From an uncultured Actinomycetes bacterium (GTDB lineage: Bacteria; Actinomycetota; UBA4738; HRBIN12): 64,000 bases of DNA. Below the pieces are notes generated by a model. That model made no database searches. It saw only the letters and a program-made list of their open reading frames with translations, and was not told where the DNA came from. Location of the stretch: positions 2,387,560 to 2,451,559 of the forward strand of contig CAVQPR010000001.1 of NCBI GenBank assembly GCA_963714865.1, read 5' to 3'. Shown here one piece after another: positions 1 through 12,642 of this stretch (the first letter of the stretch is position 1; each line of letters begins with the position of its first letter). The translations under genes were made by a program, and so were the position numbers.

Positions 1-298
1 ATTCGCAGGCGTGATGAAGCGTCATGGGTTCGCCGGACTGGGCGCCTCACACGGCACACAGCGCAAGCACCGCTCGCCGGGAGCGATCGGCGCGTGCGCC
101 ACTCCCAGCCGCGTCTTCAAGGGCATGCGGATGGCGGGCCAGCACGGTAACCAGCGCGTGACCGTACTCAACCTCGAGGTCGTTCAGGTCGACCCCGAGC
201 GCAACCTGCTGCTCGTCAAGGGCGCCGTGCCGGGTCCAAAGGGCGGGCTCGTCATGGTGCGTTCGGCGGTCAAGGCCCCGGCCGGGAAGGGGGCCTGA
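1..298 (+). CDS. rplC: 50S ribosomal protein L3, C-terminal part (5' end lies outside the window)
   Basis: The frame of ORF 11..298 is open to the window edge. [32 protein letters not shown] is an L3 signature. L4-L23-L2 follow. Confidence 0.95.
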   Translation, partial: FAGVMKRHGFAGLGASHGTQRKHRSPGAIGACATPSRVFKGMRMAGQHGNQRVTVLNLEVVQVDPERNLLLVKGAVPGPKGGLVMVRSAVKAPAGKGA

Positions 299-935
299 TG
301 CCGACGATCGACGTACACGATGCGGCGGGCAAGAAGTCAGGGACCCGCGACCTGGCCCGCCGAGTACTTCGAGACGCGACGTCAACGTTCCCCTGATGCA
401 TCAGGTCGTCGTGGCGGGCCTCGCCGGCCTTCGGGCCGGAACCCACAGCACGAAGACCCGCGGCGAGGTCCGAGGCGGCGGCAGGAAGCCCTGGCGCCAG
501 AAGGGCACCGGCCGCGCCCGGCAGGGCTCGATCCGTTCCCCTCAGTGGGTGGGTGGCGGCATCGCCCACGGACCCCAGCCCCACGGACACGAGATGCGCG
601 TGAACAAGAAGATGAAGAAGGGAGCGCTCCGCTCGGCCCTCACGGACGCCCTTCAGAGCGGCAAGCTCGCGGTGGTCGACGAGATCTCGTTCGACGCCCC
701 CAGGACGAAGGACGCGGTCGCGCTGCTCGATGCGCTGGAGTTGCACGGCAAGATCCTCGTGGTGCTTCCCGAACCGAGCGAGACCGCCGCGATCGAGAAG
801 TCGTTCCGCAACCTCACGCGGGTGCGACTGGCGTACGCGAGGGGCTTGGGCACGTACGAGGTCCTGTGGGCCGACCGTGTGCTGCTCAGCGCCGCCGCGC
901 TCGACTCGATCCAGGGCAAGGGTGACGTCGCATGA
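298..935 (+). pseudogene. rplD: 50S ribosomal protein L4, frame broken twice near the N-terminus as sequenced
   Basis: ATG 298 (TGATG overlap with the rplC stop) gives [26 protein letters not shown] continues one frame over from ~359. [13 protein letters not shown]...[15 protein letters not shown] (ORF 396..935) continues one more frame over from ~378. Each junction behaves as one extra base. Confidence 0.9.
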
Positions 936-1224
936 AGTCGCCCCGTGACGTGATCATCCGCCCGATCGTGTCGGAGAAGTCCTACGCCGGGCTCGAGGCC
1001 GGGCACGTACACCTTCGAAGTCGATCCCCGGGCGAACAAGACCGAGATCAAGGAAGCCGTTCAGGTCATCTGGGACGTCCGGGTCACCTCGGTGAACACG
1101 CTGCACCGCAGGGGCAAGACCCGAGCGTCGCGGATACATGAAGGGCCGCCGGCCCGATCAGAAGCGGGCGATCGTTACGCTCGCGCCCGGCGATTCGATC
1201 GAGATCTTCGAGGGCGGGAACTAG
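932..1224 (+). pseudogene. rplW: 50S ribosomal protein L23, two +1 frame breaks as sequenced
   Basis: [24 protein letters not shown] (ATG 932), then [40 protein letters not shown] in the next frame from ~1002, then [34 protein letters not shown](1222) in the third frame from ~1129. Confidence 0.9.
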
Positions 1225-1226
1225 AC

Positions 1227-2058
1227 ATGGGTGTGCGCAAGTACAAGCCGACGACCCCGGGGCGCCGCGGCGCGAGCGTGTCCACGTTCGACGAGCTGAC
1301 GCGATCGCCGGCCGGAGAAGTCGCTCGTGGCCAAGGGTCGCAACAAGGCCGGCCGCAACGTCCATGGCCGGATCACGACGCGCCACCACGGCGGTGGCAA
1401 CAAGAATCGGTACCGCGTGATCGATTTCCGCCGCAACAAGGACGGCGTGCCCGCCAAGGTCGCCCACATCGAGTACGACCCGAACCGGAGCGCCCGCATC
1501 GCGCTGCTCCACTACGCGGACGGAGAGAAGCGCTACATCCTCGCCCCTCAGGGGGTCAAGCAAGGCGATTCCCTGATGTCGGGGGCGGATGCCGAGATCC
1601 GTCCCGGCAATTCGCTGCCGCTGCGCAACATCCCGGTCGGCACCGTGATCCACGCGATCGAGCTCAAGCCCGGCGCGGGAGCCAAGCTGGCCCGTTCGGC
1701 AGGCACGAGCGTCCAGCTGATGGCCAAAGAGGGGGCGATGGCCACGATCCGGCTGCCCTCGGGCGAGATGCGGCTGATCCCGGCCTCGTGCAAGGGGACG
1801 GTCGGCGTGGTGGGCAATCCCGAGCACGAGCTGATCTCGCTCGGCAAGGCGGGCCGTGCCCGTTGGAAGAACAAGCGTCCGAGCGTCCGCGGCGTTGCGA
1901 TGAACCCCGTCGACCACCCGCTGGGCGGCGGAGAGGGCAAGTCCTCCGGCGGCCGGCACCCGTCGAGCCCCTGGGGCAAGAAGGAAGGCCGCACGCGCAA
2001 GAAGAACAAGGCGTCGAACAAGTACATCGTTCGCCGCCGTGGGAAGGGTCGAGGCTGA
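1227..2058 (+). pseudogene. rplB: 50S ribosomal protein L2, one +1 frame break near codon 27
   Basis: ATG 1227 gives [44 protein letters not shown]...[13 protein letters not shown] (ORF 1327..2058) follows in the next frame from ~1309. Confidence 0.93.
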
Positions 2059-2339
2059 TGGCGAGGTCCGTCAAGAAGGGTCCGTTCGTGGACGATCACC
2101 TGATGGCCAAGGTGGAGGACATGAACAAGAAGGGCGACAAGCGGGTCATCAAGACCTGGTCGCGCCGGAGCACGATCGTGCCCGAGATGCTGGGGCACAC
2201 GATCGCGGTGCACGACGGCCGCAAGCACGTGCCCGTGTTCATCTCCGAGTCGATGGTCGGCCACAAGCTCGGGGAGTTCGCCCCGACACGCACGTTCCGC
2301 ACGCACGCGGGCTCCGAGCGCCGGACTGGGGTGAGATAG
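2058..2339 (+). CDS. rpsS: 30S ribosomal protein S19
   Basis: ATG 2058 overlaps the rplB stop (TGATG). [19 protein letters not shown]...[35 protein letters not shown]. Confidence 0.96.
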   Translation: MARSVKKGPFVDDHLMAKVEDMNKKGDKRVIKTWSRRSTIVPEMLGHTIAVHDGRKHVPVFISESMVGHKLGEFAPTRTFRTHAGSERRTGVR

Positions 2340-2684
2340 GTGGAGGGTCGCGCCACGATGAAGTACGCACGCACCACGCCGCGCAAGATGCGTCGTGTCG
2401 TCGACCTCATCCGCGGCCAGCACGTCGAGGAGGCGCGTCGGATCCTGCGGTTCTCGCCGCTCGGACCGACGCACGACATCGAGAAGCTGTTGAACAGCGC
2501 GATCGCCAACGCCGAGCAGAACCCCGGCGTGATCGCCGAGAACCTGACGGTTTCGCGCGCCTGGGTCGACGAAGGTCCGACCCTGCGCCGATACCGGCCG
2601 CGGGCCTACGGGCGCGCCACACGCGTGCGCAAGCGCACGTCGCACGTGACGCTCGTAGTCGCGACGATGGGAGAGGATCGCTAG
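2340..2684 (+). CDS. rplV: 50S ribosomal protein L22
   Basis: ORF 2340..2684. [19 protein letters not shown]...[22 protein letters not shown]. Confidence 0.95.
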   Translation: MEGRATMKYARTTPRKMRRVVDLIRGQHVEEARRILRFSPLGPTHDIEKLLNSAIANAEQNPGVIAENLTVSRAWVDEGPTLRRYRPRAYGRATRVRKRTSHVTLVVATMGEDR

Positions 2685-3562
2685 TGGGTCACAAGGTCAA
2701 CCCGTACGGGTTCCGCCTGGGGGTCATCTACCCCTGGAAGTCCAACTGGTACGCCGGCAAGCGCGAGTATGCCGAGCAGCTCCACGAGGACGTGTGGATC
2801 CGCAAGCACATCCGTGCGCGGCTGTCTCGCGCCGGCATCTCCTCGATCGACATCGAGCGGAAGGGCGATCAGATCTGGGTGTTCATCCGTACCGCGCGAC
2901 CCGGGATCGTGATCGGACGCAAGGGCGCCGAGGTGGACCGGCTCCGCAAGGACATCGAGCGCTACACGAAGAAGCGCGTGGACGTGAAGGTGGAGGACAT
3001 GAACCAGGCGGCGAGCGAGTCGCGGCCTGAGACCGACGCCACGCTGCTCGCTCAGAACGTCGCCGAGCAGCTCGCGGGTCGCGTGGCGTTCCGCCGGGCC
3101 ATGCGCCGAGCGGTGCAGACCGCGATGCGATCGGGCGCCCTCGGTGTTCGTGTCGCCTGCGGCGGTCGCCTCGGGGGCTCAGAGATGGGTCGCCGTGAGT
3201 GGTACCGAGAAGGCAGGGTTCCGCTGCACACGCTCCGGGCCAAGGTCGACTTCGGCACCGCAGAGGCCAAGACCACGTTCGGCGTGGTGGGCGTGAAGGT
3301 GTGGGTCTACCACGGCGACGAGGTGCCGCACCGCGAGCAGGAGACCGAGCGCGCGCTCGCGCGAGCCCACGCGAGCGCGCAGCAGGTCGATGCCGACCGC
3401 CGCGGCGGGCGGGGGGAACCGGAGAACGAGGCTGAGGCCGCCCCCGCGACCGAGCCCGGCGCTCCCGCGACCGAGCCCGGGGCTCCCGCGACCGAGCCCG
3501 AGGCTCCCGCGGCCCCCGCGACCGAGCCCGAGGCCCCCGCGACCGAGGCGGGTGACGCCTGA
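2684..3562 (+). CDS. rpsC: 30S ribosomal protein S3 with a repetitive Pro/Ala/Thr/Glu C-terminal tail
   Basis: GTG 2684 (TAGTG overlap). [24 protein letters not shown]...GRIGGSEM-type core. The tail is APATEPG repeats. Confidence 0.95.
   Translation: MGHKVNPYGFRLGVIYPWKSNWYAGKREYAEQLHEDVWIRKHIRARLSRAGISSIDIERKGDQIWVFIRTARPGIVIGRKGAEVDRLRKDIERYTKKRVDVKVEDMNQAASESRPETDATLLAQNVAEQLAGRVAFRRAMRRAVQTAMRSGALGVRVACGGRLGGSEMGRREWYREGRVPLHTLRAKVDFGTAEAKTTFGVVGVKVWVYHGDEVPHREQETERALARAHASAQQVDADRRGGRGEPENEAEAAPATEPGAPATEPGAPATEPEAPAAPATEPEAPATEAGDA
3437..3550 (+). repeat. About five imperfect copies of a 21-nt tandem repeat (gcNcccgcgaccgagcccgRN) encoding (A/E)APATEP(G/E) in the S3 tail
   Basis: Read directly: gcccccgcgaccgagcccggc / gctcccgcgaccgagcccggg / gctcccgcgaccgagcccgag ... 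Confidence 0.85.
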
Positions 3563-3975
3563 TGCTCGCTCCCAAGAAGGTGAAGCACCGCAAGGTGCAT
3601 CGTGGGAACCGTCGCGGCAAGGCAAAGGGCGGCACCGAGATCCATTTCGGCGACTACGGGTTGGTGGCGATGGAGGCGGCGTGGATCACCAACCGTCAGA
3701 TCGAGGCGGCCCGTGTCGCGATCACCCGCCACATCCGCCGAGGCGGCAAGGTCTGGATCAACATCTTCCCGGACAAACCGGTCACCAAGAAACCGGCTGA
3801 GACGCGGATGGGCTCGGGCAAAGGCAATCCGGAGGGATGGGTGGCCGTGGTCAAGCCGGGCAGGGTCATGTTCGAGCTGGCCGGCGTACCCGAATCGTTG
3901 GCACGCGAGGCCATGAAGCGCGCACAGCACAAACTGCCCATCAAGACCAAGTTCATCAGCCGGGTGGGGGAGTAG
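3562..3975 (+). CDS. rplP: 50S ribosomal protein L16
   Basis: ORF 3562..3975. [24 protein letters not shown]...[24 protein letters not shown]. Confidence 0.96.
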   Translation: MLAPKKVKHRKVHRGNRRGKAKGGTEIHFGDYGLVAMEAAWITNRQIEAARVAITRHIRRGGKVWINIFPDKPVTKKPAETRMGSGKGNPEGWVAVVKPGRVMFELAGVPESLAREAMKRAQHKLPIKTKFISRVGE

Positions 3976-3977
3976 GG

Positions 3978-4217
3978 ATGCCGAGCAAGGCCGCGGAGCT
4001 GCGCGAGCTGCCCGATGAGGAGCTCGTGACCCGTATCGAGTCCTCCAAGGAGGAGCTCTTCAACCTGCGCTTCCAGATGGCGACGGGGCAGCTCGACAAC
4101 CCCGCCCGCCTGAAGGAGGTGCGCCACGACGTGGCGCGCCTGGCGACCGTGCTGCGTGAACGTCAGATCGAGGCCGAGCTCGACGCGCTGGCAGCGGAGG
4201 GTGAGGAGGAACGGTGA
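3978..4217 (+). CDS. rpmC: 50S ribosomal protein L29
   Basis: ATG 3978. [55 protein letters not shown]. Confidence 0.93.
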   Translation: MPSKAAELRELPDEELVTRIESSKEELFNLRFQMATGQLDNPARLKEVRHDVARLATVLRERQIEAELDALAAEGEEER

Positions 4218-4489
4218 GCGACGAGCAGACGCAAGCAGAGCGAGGACGCCGCAAGGTGCGAACCGGCGTGGTCGTGTCGGACAAGATGGACAAGACCGTG
4301 CTGATCCGCATCGACCGACAGGTGCGTCACAGCCTGTACCAGAAGACGGTGCGACACTCGTCCAAGCTGGCCGCGCACGACGAGGCGAACGACGCACGAG
4401 TGGGCGACACCGTCCGCGTGGTGGAGACCCGACCCTTGTCCAAGTCGAAGCGCTGGCGGGTCGTGGAGATCGTGGAGCGGGCGAAGTGA
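4214..4489 (+). CDS. rpsQ: 30S ribosomal protein S17
   Basis: ORF 4214..4489. [45 protein letters not shown]...RWRVVEIVE. Confidence 0.95.
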   Translation: MSDEQTQAERGRRKVRTGVVVSDKMDKTVLIRIDRQVRHSLYQKTVRHSSKLAAHDEANDARVGDTVRVVETRPLSKSKRWRVVEIVERAK

Positions 4490-4854
4490 TCCAGCAGGAG
4501 ACGCGCTGCAAGGTGGCGGATAACACCGGGGCCAAGGAGGTCCTGTGCATCCGCGTGCTCGGTGGCTCCGGGCGACGCTACGCAGGGGTCGGCGACGTGA
4601 TCGTCGGCACCGTGAAGGACGCTCTTCCAGGCGGAGGGGTGAAGAAGGGCGAGGTCGTGCGCGCCGTGGTCGTGCGAACCGCGAAGGAGCGCCGCCGCCT
4701 CGATGGTTCGTACATCCGCTTCGACGACAATGCGGTGGTCATCATCAACGAGCAGCGCAACCCGCGCGGCACCCGCATCTTCGGACCGGTGGCCCGGGAG
4801 CTTCGGGAGAAGCGATTCATGAAGATCATCTCGCTCGCGCCGGAGGTGATCTAG
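4486..4854 (+). CDS. rplN: 50S ribosomal protein L14
   Basis: GTG 4486 (GTGA overlap with the rpsQ stop). [28 protein letters not shown]...[12 protein letters not shown]...[13 protein letters not shown]. Confidence 0.96.
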   Translation: MIQQETRCKVADNTGAKEVLCIRVLGGSGRRYAGVGDVIVGTVKDALPGGGVKKGEVVRAVVVRTAKERRRLDGSYIRFDDNAVVIINEQRNPRGTRIFGPVARELREKRFMKIISLAPEVI

Positions 4855-5190
4855 GTGGCCGGTATGCACATCAAGACCGACGACACGGTCCAGGTGCTCC
4901 AGGGCAAGGACCGGGGCCGGCAAGGCCGGGTCGTCCGTGTGGATCGCCAGGGCGGCCGAGTCATGGTCGACGGTGTCGCGCTGGCCAAGAAGCACGCCCG
5001 TACCCAGGGCAAGCGTTCCTCGGGCGGGCAGCAACTGCAGCAGGGCGGGATCATCGACGTGGAGATGTTCATCGACGTGTCCAACGTCGCGATCGTGTGC
5101 GGCAGCTGCGGGCGGCCGACCCGGGTGGGGTTCCGGGTCGAAGGCGACACGAAGACGAGGATCTGTAGGAAGTGCGAGGCGGACCTGTGA
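4855..5190 (+). CDS. rplX: 50S ribosomal protein L24, variant with a Cys4 (CxxC...CxxC) C-terminal motif
   Basis: ORF 4855..5190. [25 protein letters not shown]...[48 protein letters not shown]. The start may be ATG 4864. Confidence 0.93.
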   Translation: MAGMHIKTDDTVQVLQGKDRGRQGRVVRVDRQGGRVMVDGVALAKKHARTQGKRSSGGQQLQQGGIIDVEMFIDVSNVAIVCGSCGRPTRVGFRVEGDTKTRICRKCEADL

Positions 5191-5762
5191 GCGACGACAT
5201 CACACCCCGTTTGAAGACCCGGTTCCGTGACGAGCTGCGACCGGCGCTGCGCGATCAGCTCGGCCTGAGCAACATCATGCAGGTGCCCACGCTCGACAAG
5301 ATCGTGTTGAACGCGGGCGTCGGTGACGCCATCAAGGACGGGCGTATGCTGGATGCCGCGGTCGAGGACCTCACGGTGATCTCGGGTCAGAAGCCGATCG
5401 TGACCAAGGCGCGCCAGTCGATCGCCGGGTTCAAGCTGCGTGAGGGTATGCCGATCGGCGTGAAGGTCACGATGCGGGGCAACCGCATGTGGGAGTTCTA
5501 CGATCGGCTCGTAACGCTTGCACTGCCGAGGATCCGCGACTTCCGAGGCATGGATCCCCGGTCGTTCGACGGGCACGGGAACTACACGCTGGGCGTGACG
5601 GAGCAGCTGATCTTCCCGGAGATCGACTATGACAAGGTGGTCCAGGTCCGCGGGATGGACATCACGATCGTCACGACCGCGAGCGACGACGAGCAAGGGC
5701 TAGCGCTCTTGGCGGCACTCGGCTTCCCGTTCACGGGGATCGCCGTCGCCGAGGCGAGCTGA
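5187..5762 (+). CDS. rplE: 50S ribosomal protein L5
   Basis: GTG 5187 (GTGA overlap) within ORF 5172..5762. [15 protein letters not shown]...[16 protein letters not shown]...[21 protein letters not shown]. Confidence 0.95.
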   Translation: MSDDITPRLKTRFRDELRPALRDQLGLSNIMQVPTLDKIVLNAGVGDAIKDGRMLDAAVEDLTVISGQKPIVTKARQSIAGFKLREGMPIGVKVTMRGNRMWEFYDRLVTLALPRIRDFRGMDPRSFDGHGNYTLGVTEQLIFPEIDYDKVVQVRGMDITIVTTASDDEQGLALLAALGFPFTGIAVAEAS

Positions 5763-5776
5763 GACGGGATATCGAG

Positions 5777-5962
5777 ATGGCGAAAAAGGCACTGATCAAC
5801 AAGCAGCAGGGCAAGCCCAAGTTCCGGGTGCGCGCCTACACGCGCTGTGGGCGTTGTGGACGCTCGCGCGCGGTGTACAAGCGATTCCTGCTGTGCCGCA
5901 TCTGCTTCCGTGAGCTGGCGCACGCCGGCGAGCTGCCGGGGGTGACCAAGTCCTCATGGTGA
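5777..5962 (+). CDS. rpsZ: 30S ribosomal protein S14 type Z (61 aa, zinc form)
   Basis: [61 protein letters not shown], with CxxC-x12-CxxC. Confidence 0.96.
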   Translation: MAKKALINKQQGKPKFRVRAYTRCGRCGRSRAVYKRFLLCRICFRELAHAGELPGVTKSSW

Positions 5963-6379
5963 AGTCCGCGAGGTTCTCGAGCAACGTCGTCCGATCCTGT
6001 CGCCGATCTGCTCACGCGGATCCGCAACGCGAATCTGGCGTACAAGGACGATCTTGCCGTGCCGGTGTCCAAGCAGAACGACGCCGTCCTCGCGATCTTG
6101 ACCCAGGAGGGCTACGTGGCGGGGTTCGATCGCGAGGGTGAGGGGATCGATGCCGCCTTCCGCGTCAGGCTGAAGTACGGCAAGGGACGCGAGCGCACGA
6201 TCACGGGCATCGACCGGATCTCGTCGCCCGGTCGCCGCGTGTACGTCGGCCGCGACGAACTGCCGCGGGTGCGCGGCGGTCTCGGGATCGCGATCGTGTC
6301 CACGTCGCAGGGCGTCATGACCGACCGGGACGCCGCGCGCAAGCGCATCGGCGGCGAAGTCCTGGCATACGTGTGGTGA
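5956..6379 (+). CDS. rpsH: 30S ribosomal protein S8, start uncertain with a possible +1 break near 5988
   Basis: [46 protein letters not shown]...[10 protein letters not shown]...[14 protein letters not shown] reads in one frame from 5990. That frame has no ATG/GTG/TTG between the rpsZ stop (5960) and SDPVADLL. The only nearby starts (ATG 5956, GTG 5959) are one frame off. Confidence 0.88.
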
Positions 6380-6386
6380 TGGGTCG

Positions 6387-6938
6387 ATGAGCCGCATCGG
6401 AAGGCAGCCGATCGTGATCCCCGCCGGCGTCGAGGTGACGATCGGAGAGAGCAACGCGGTGACCGTGAAGGGACCGCGTGGCACGCTCACGGGGTCGATG
6501 CACCCCGACATGAGCCTGAGCCTGGACGACGGCCAGTTGATGGTGACGCGCCCCGACGACGAGGCCTTCCACCGCGGGCTGCACGGCCTCACCCGATCGC
6601 TGCTGGCCAACATGGTGGAGGGTGTCACCAACGGGTTCGAGAAGCGCCTGGCGATCGTCGGCGTCGGCTATCGCGCCGCCCTCAAGGGCAAGGACCTCGA
6701 GGTGCAGGCGGGCTACTCGCATCCGGTGCTGGTGCCGGTTCCCGACGGTATCGAGTTCGACGTGCCGCAGCCGACGTCGATCATCGTGCGCGGCAACGAC
6801 AAGCAGGCGGTGGGCGAGATCGCGGCGAAGATCCGCAAGATCCGCAAGCCCGAGCCCTACAAGGGCAAGGGCATCCGCTACGAGAACGAGTACGTTCGCA
6901 AGAAGGCCGGCAAGGCTGCGAAGACAGGACCCGCATGA
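6387..6938 (+). CDS. rplF: 50S ribosomal protein L6
   Basis: ORF 6387..6938. [19 protein letters not shown]...[24 protein letters not shown]...[23 protein letters not shown]. Confidence 0.96.
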   Translation: MSRIGRQPIVIPAGVEVTIGESNAVTVKGPRGTLTGSMHPDMSLSLDDGQLMVTRPDDEAFHRGLHGLTRSLLANMVEGVTNGFEKRLAIVGVGYRAALKGKDLEVQAGYSHPVLVPVPDGIEFDVPQPTSIIVRGNDKQAVGEIAAKIRKIRKPEPYKGKGIRYENEYVRKKAGKAAKTGPA

Positions 6939-7285
6939 TGGATGCCAAGCGAAAGCACGAGGCGCTGCGACGCCGGCACGCGCGCGTCCGCAAGAAGGTG
7001 GCGGGCAACACCGAGCGTCCTCGCCTGGCCGTGTTCAGGTCCAACCGGCACATCTACGCGCAGCTGGTCGACGATGTCGCGGCCGTGACGATCGCCGCTG
7101 CCTCGGACGTCGAGGTCAAGGCCGAGGGCAAGATGGCCCGCGCCAAGGCGGTCGGCGAGCTGATCGCGAGCCGCGCCAAGGAGGCTGGCATCGAGGCCGC
7201 CGTGTTCGATCGCGGCGGCCGGCTGTACCACGGTCGTGTGGCGGCCCTCGCAGAGGGCGCCCGCGAGGGAGGACTGCAGATCTGA
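6935..7285 (+). CDS. rplR: 50S ribosomal protein L18
   Basis: ORF 6935..7285. [20 protein letters not shown]...[27 protein letters not shown]. Confidence 0.95.
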   Translation: MMDAKRKHEALRRRHARVRKKVAGNTERPRLAVFRSNRHIYAQLVDDVAAVTIAAASDVEVKAEGKMARAKAVGELIASRAKEAGIEAAVFDRGGRLYHGRVAALAEGAREGGLQI

Positions 7286-7286
7286 T

Positions 7287-7924
7287 ATGAGGCGATACGA
7301 CGCGAATGCGCAGGACCGGAGCCCCTACGAGGAGCGGGTGATCTCGATCAACCGCGTGGCCAAGGTCGTCAAGGGCGGCCGCCGGTTCTCGTTCACCGCC
7401 CTCGTCGTCGTCGGCGACGGCGCGGGTCGCGTCGGCGTGGGCTACGGCAAGGCCAAGGAGGTGCCCTCGGCGATCGCCAAGGGCGTCGAGGAGGCCCGCA
7501 AGAAGATGTTCGAGGTCCCGATGATGGGCACGACGATCCCGCACGAGGTGATCGGCGAAGAGGGAGCCGGGGTGGTGCTCCTCAAGCCGGCCGCTCCGGG
7601 CACCGGCGTCATCGCCGGCGGACCCGTGCGAGCGCTCGTGGAGTGCGCGGGCATCAAGGACATCCTGTCGAAGTCCATGGGCTCCTCGAACCAGATCAAC
7701 ATCGTGAAGGCGGCGGTCGACGGGCTTCAGCCAGCTCCGGCGCCCGCACCAGGTGGCTCGCATTGCGCGGTCGCGACGTCAACGACGTCGCGCCCAAGCC
7801 GATGATCGAGGCCGTCGCGGCGGCCGACGAGCGCCTGCAGGCCGCTCAGGACCGCCGCGCTCGAAGAGGTCTACACCGACCAGGCGTCGCGACGCCCGCC
7901 GGTCCGCGTGGGGGCCGGCGATGA
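7287..7924 (+). pseudogene. rpsE: 30S ribosomal protein S5, two +1 frame breaks in the C-terminal part, exact end uncertain
   Basis: ATG 7287 gives [45 protein letters not shown]...[23 protein letters not shown] follows in the next frame from ~7732, then [16 protein letters not shown] in the third frame from ~7769. The TGA at 7922 overlaps the rpmD ATG. Confidence 0.88.
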
Positions 7925-8105
7925 CAGCTCAAGGTGACGCAGCGTGCGCAGCGTGATCGACCGGCCGCGCGACCAGAAGGACACGGTCCGCCGGCTCGGC
8001 CTGCACCGCATCAACGACACCGTTGTCAAGGATGATCGTCCCGAGATCCGCGGCATGATCGCCAAGGTCCGGCATCTGGTCGACGTGGAAGAGGTCGAAG
8101 GCTGA
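7921..8105 (+). pseudogene. rpmD: 50S ribosomal protein L30, two extra bases in the first 25 nt
   Basis: Removing C7925 and C7943 yields [60 protein letters not shown] with TGA at 8103. As sequenced, the ATG frame stops after 11 codons. Confidence 0.9.
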
Positions 8106-8546
8106 TGAAGCTCCACCACCTGAAGCCCGCCGAAGGGCGCGAACGCAAGGGCAAGAAGCGCGTCGGTCGCGGCCGCGCCGGCGTGCGCGGCAAGACCGCC
8201 GGCCGAGGTACCAAGGGCACCGGCGCGCGCAAGAACGTGCCCGCCTGGTTCGAGGGCGGCCAGATGCCGCTGCAGCGACGCGTGCCCAAGCTCAAGGGGT
8301 TCACCAACGCGAACCGAGTGGAGTACGCCCGGTCAACGTCGAGGTGCTGGCTCGAAGTACTTCGAAGCGACGAGGTCACGCCCGAGGCACTGTACGCCCA
8401 CGGACTGGCGCACAAGGGCAAGCCCGTGAAGGTGCTCGCCCGTGGGGAGATCGACAAGGCGCTCGTGGTGAAGGCACACGCGTGCTCGGCCGCCGCGAAG
8501 GCGAAGATCGAGGCGGCCGGCGGCCGCGCTCGAGCTCATCGGGTGA
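8105..8546 (+). pseudogene. rplO: 50S ribosomal protein L15, three apparent -1 events (8331-8371) and one +1 event (~8525)
   Basis: [38 protein letters not shown]...[13 protein letters not shown], then VNVEVLA and KYFEA in the other two frames, then [51 protein letters not shown], then ALELIG-TGA(8544) one frame over. Confidence 0.88.
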
Positions 8547-8573
8547 GACGCCTCCGGGGTACGATAGACGCCC

Positions 8574-10516
<1,943 letters not shown>

Positions 10517-10520
<4 letters not shown>

Positions 10521-11281
10521 TCATCCGCAAGTCGTCCGCTGAACTCGACAAGATGCGCATGGCCGGCCGGATCGTCGCCTCGACGATCGACGCCGTGCTC
10601 GAGGCCGTGGAGGCAGGCGTCACGACGAAGGATCTCGACATGGTGGCGGAGCGTACGATCCGCGACGCGGGGGCCACGCCGTCGTTCCTGGGGTACAAGG
10701 GCACGTTCACCGGCACGATCTGCGCCTCGATCAACGACGAGATCGTGCACGGGATCCCGTCCGAACGGCGGCGCCTCAGCGAGGGCGACGTCCTGTCTCT
10801 CGACTTCGGAGCCATATGGGAGGGCTACCACTCCGACTCCGCGGTCACGGTGTTCGTGGGCGATCGAGCGCCCTCGGACGATGCCGTGCGCCTCGTCGAG
10901 ACCACCGAGCGGGCCCTCGAGGCGGCGATCGAGGTGATCCGACCGGGAGGACGGCTGTCCGACATCGGCCACGCGATCGAGTCGGTGGCGGACCAGGCCG
11001 GCCTCGGGGTCGTACGGGAGTACGGCGGACACGGGATCGGTCGCGCGATGCACGAGGACCCGTTCATCCAGAACTGGGGCCGCACCGGGCCGGGGGCCCG
11101 ACCTGCGACCGGGCCTCGTCATCGCCGTCGAACCGATGTTGAACCTGGGTCGCGAGCGAGACCCGGGTGCTCGATGACGGCTGGACCGTTGTCACCGCCG
11201 ACGGATCGCTGTCGGCTCATTTCGAGCACACGATCGCCGTGACCGACGACGGGGCCGAGGTGTTGACCGCACGCGGCGTGA
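10517..11281 (+). pseudogene. map: Methionine aminopeptidase type I, two +1 breaks and no in-frame stop in the final frame (end uncertain)
   Basis: MIIRKSSAELDKMRMAGRIVA...FLGYKGTFTGTICASINDEIVHGIP...DFGAIWEGYHSDSAVT...REYGGHGIGRAMHEDPFIQNWGR, then [20 protein letters not shown] from ~11091, then [40 protein letters not shown] from ~11158. That last frame stays open to 11814. A TGA one frame over at 11279-11281 is the likely true stop. Confidence 0.85.
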
Positions 11282-11401
11282 ATCCGCCCGCGTGGACACC
11301 GCCTCGAGGGGGCCCGTATACTGTCCGTTCGCCCCGTTCGGAGGTCGTTTCGCGTGCGTCCGAACCGGGTCGACCCGTTCGAGAAGGAAGCAGCTCGGAG
11401 C

Positions 11402-11620
11402 GTGCCGAAGAAAGATGCGATCGAGGTCGAGGGGACGGTCGTCGAGCCGTTGCCCAACGCCATGTTCCGGGTGGAACTGGACAACGGACACAAGGTGTTG
11501 GCCCATATCTCGGGGAAGATGCGGATGCACTACATCCGGATCCTCCCCGGCGACCGGGTCTTGGTGGAGCTGTCGCCGTACGACCTCACGCGAGGCCGTG
11601 TGGTGTACCGCTACAAGTAG
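11402..11620 (+). CDS. infA: Translation initiation factor IF-1
   Basis: GTG 11402 within ORF 11354..11620. [71 protein letters not shown]. Confidence 0.96.
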   Translation: MPKKDAIEVEGTVVEPLPNAMFRVELDNGHKVLAHISGKMRMHYIRILPGDRVLVELSPYDLTRGRVVYRYK

Positions 11621-11631
11621 GAGCGAGTCAG

Positions 11632-11746
11632 ATGAAGGTGCGTCCGTCCGTCAAGAAGATCTGCGACCGCTGTCGCGTGATCCGTCGGCGCGGTCACGAT
11701 CCTCGTCATCTGCTCGAACCCGCGGCACAAGCAGCGTCAGGGCTAG
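11632..11746 (+). pseudogene. rpmJ: 50S ribosomal protein L36, one extra base near 11698
   Basis: ATG 11632 gives [40 protein letters not shown](11744) follows in the next frame. Confidence 0.9.
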
Positions 11747-11756
11747 AGGAGGACAG

Positions 11757-12140
11757 GTGGCACGGATCGCAGGCGTCGACCTTCCCCGCGACAAGCGGCT
11801 CGATATCGGCCTGACCTATATCTACGGGGTCGGCACGTCCAACTCGCGCCGCGATCATCAAGGGCACCGAGATCGACGCCGGCCACGCCCGTGCGGGATC
11901 TGTCGGAGGAGGAGATCCTCAAGATCCGCGACTTCATCGACGAGCACCTGCAAGGTCGAAGGCGACCTGCGGCGCGAGGTCGCCCAGGACATCAAGCGCA
12001 AGATCGAGATCGGGTGCTACCAGGGCATCCGCCACCGTCGCGGCCTTCCGGTTCGCGGCCAGCGCACGCACACGAACGCGCGGACCCGCAAGGGGCCCAA
12101 GAAGGCCATCGCCGGCAAGAAGAAGGCGACCAAGAAGTAG
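11757..12140 (+). pseudogene. rpsM: 30S ribosomal protein S13, three +1 breaks (~11850, ~11890, ~11951)
   Basis: GTG 11757 gives [64 protein letters not shown] and [48 protein letters not shown] follow in successive frames. Confidence 0.9.
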
Positions 12141-12156
12141 GGAGTGCGAGAGTTCC

Positions 12157-12549
12157 ATGGCGAAGCCCAAGGCCAAGAAGACCAAGCGGCGCGAGAAGAA
12201 GCACATCGTGCACGGTCAGGCGCACATCAAGTCGACGTTCAACAACACGATCGTCACGATCACCGACCTGCAGGGCAACACGATCTCGTGGGCCAGTGCG
12301 GGCAACGTGGGGTTCAAGGGCTCGCGGAAGTCGACGCCGTTCGCGGCACAGCTGGCCGCCGAGAAGGCCGCCCGAGCGGCTCAGGAGCACGGACTGCAGA
12401 AGGTCGACGTCTACGTCAAGGGTCCGGGTTCGGGCCGCGAGACCGCGATCCGCTCGCTCGCAGCCGCGGGGCTCGAGGTCTCCGGGATCCAGGACATGAC
12501 GCCGGTGCCGCACAACGGCTGCCGGCCGCGCAAGCGCCGTCGGGTCTAG
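12157..12549 (+). CDS. rpsK: 30S ribosomal protein S11
   Basis: ORF 12157..12549. [50 protein letters not shown]...[16 protein letters not shown]. Confidence 0.96.
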   Translation: MAKPKAKKTKRREKKHIVHGQAHIKSTFNNTIVTITDLQGNTISWASAGNVGFKGSRKSTPFAAQLAAEKAARAAQEHGLQKVDVYVKGPGSGRETAIRSLAAAGLEVSGIQDMTPVPHNGCRPRKRRRV

Positions 12550-12642
12550 CATCCGACGGCATCCCGTCGCCCACTCCCGGGCGTTCGGGCGGTACGCAGC
12601 GGGGTAGAAGTGGATGATCCCCCGCCGAAGGAGGGAAGCACC

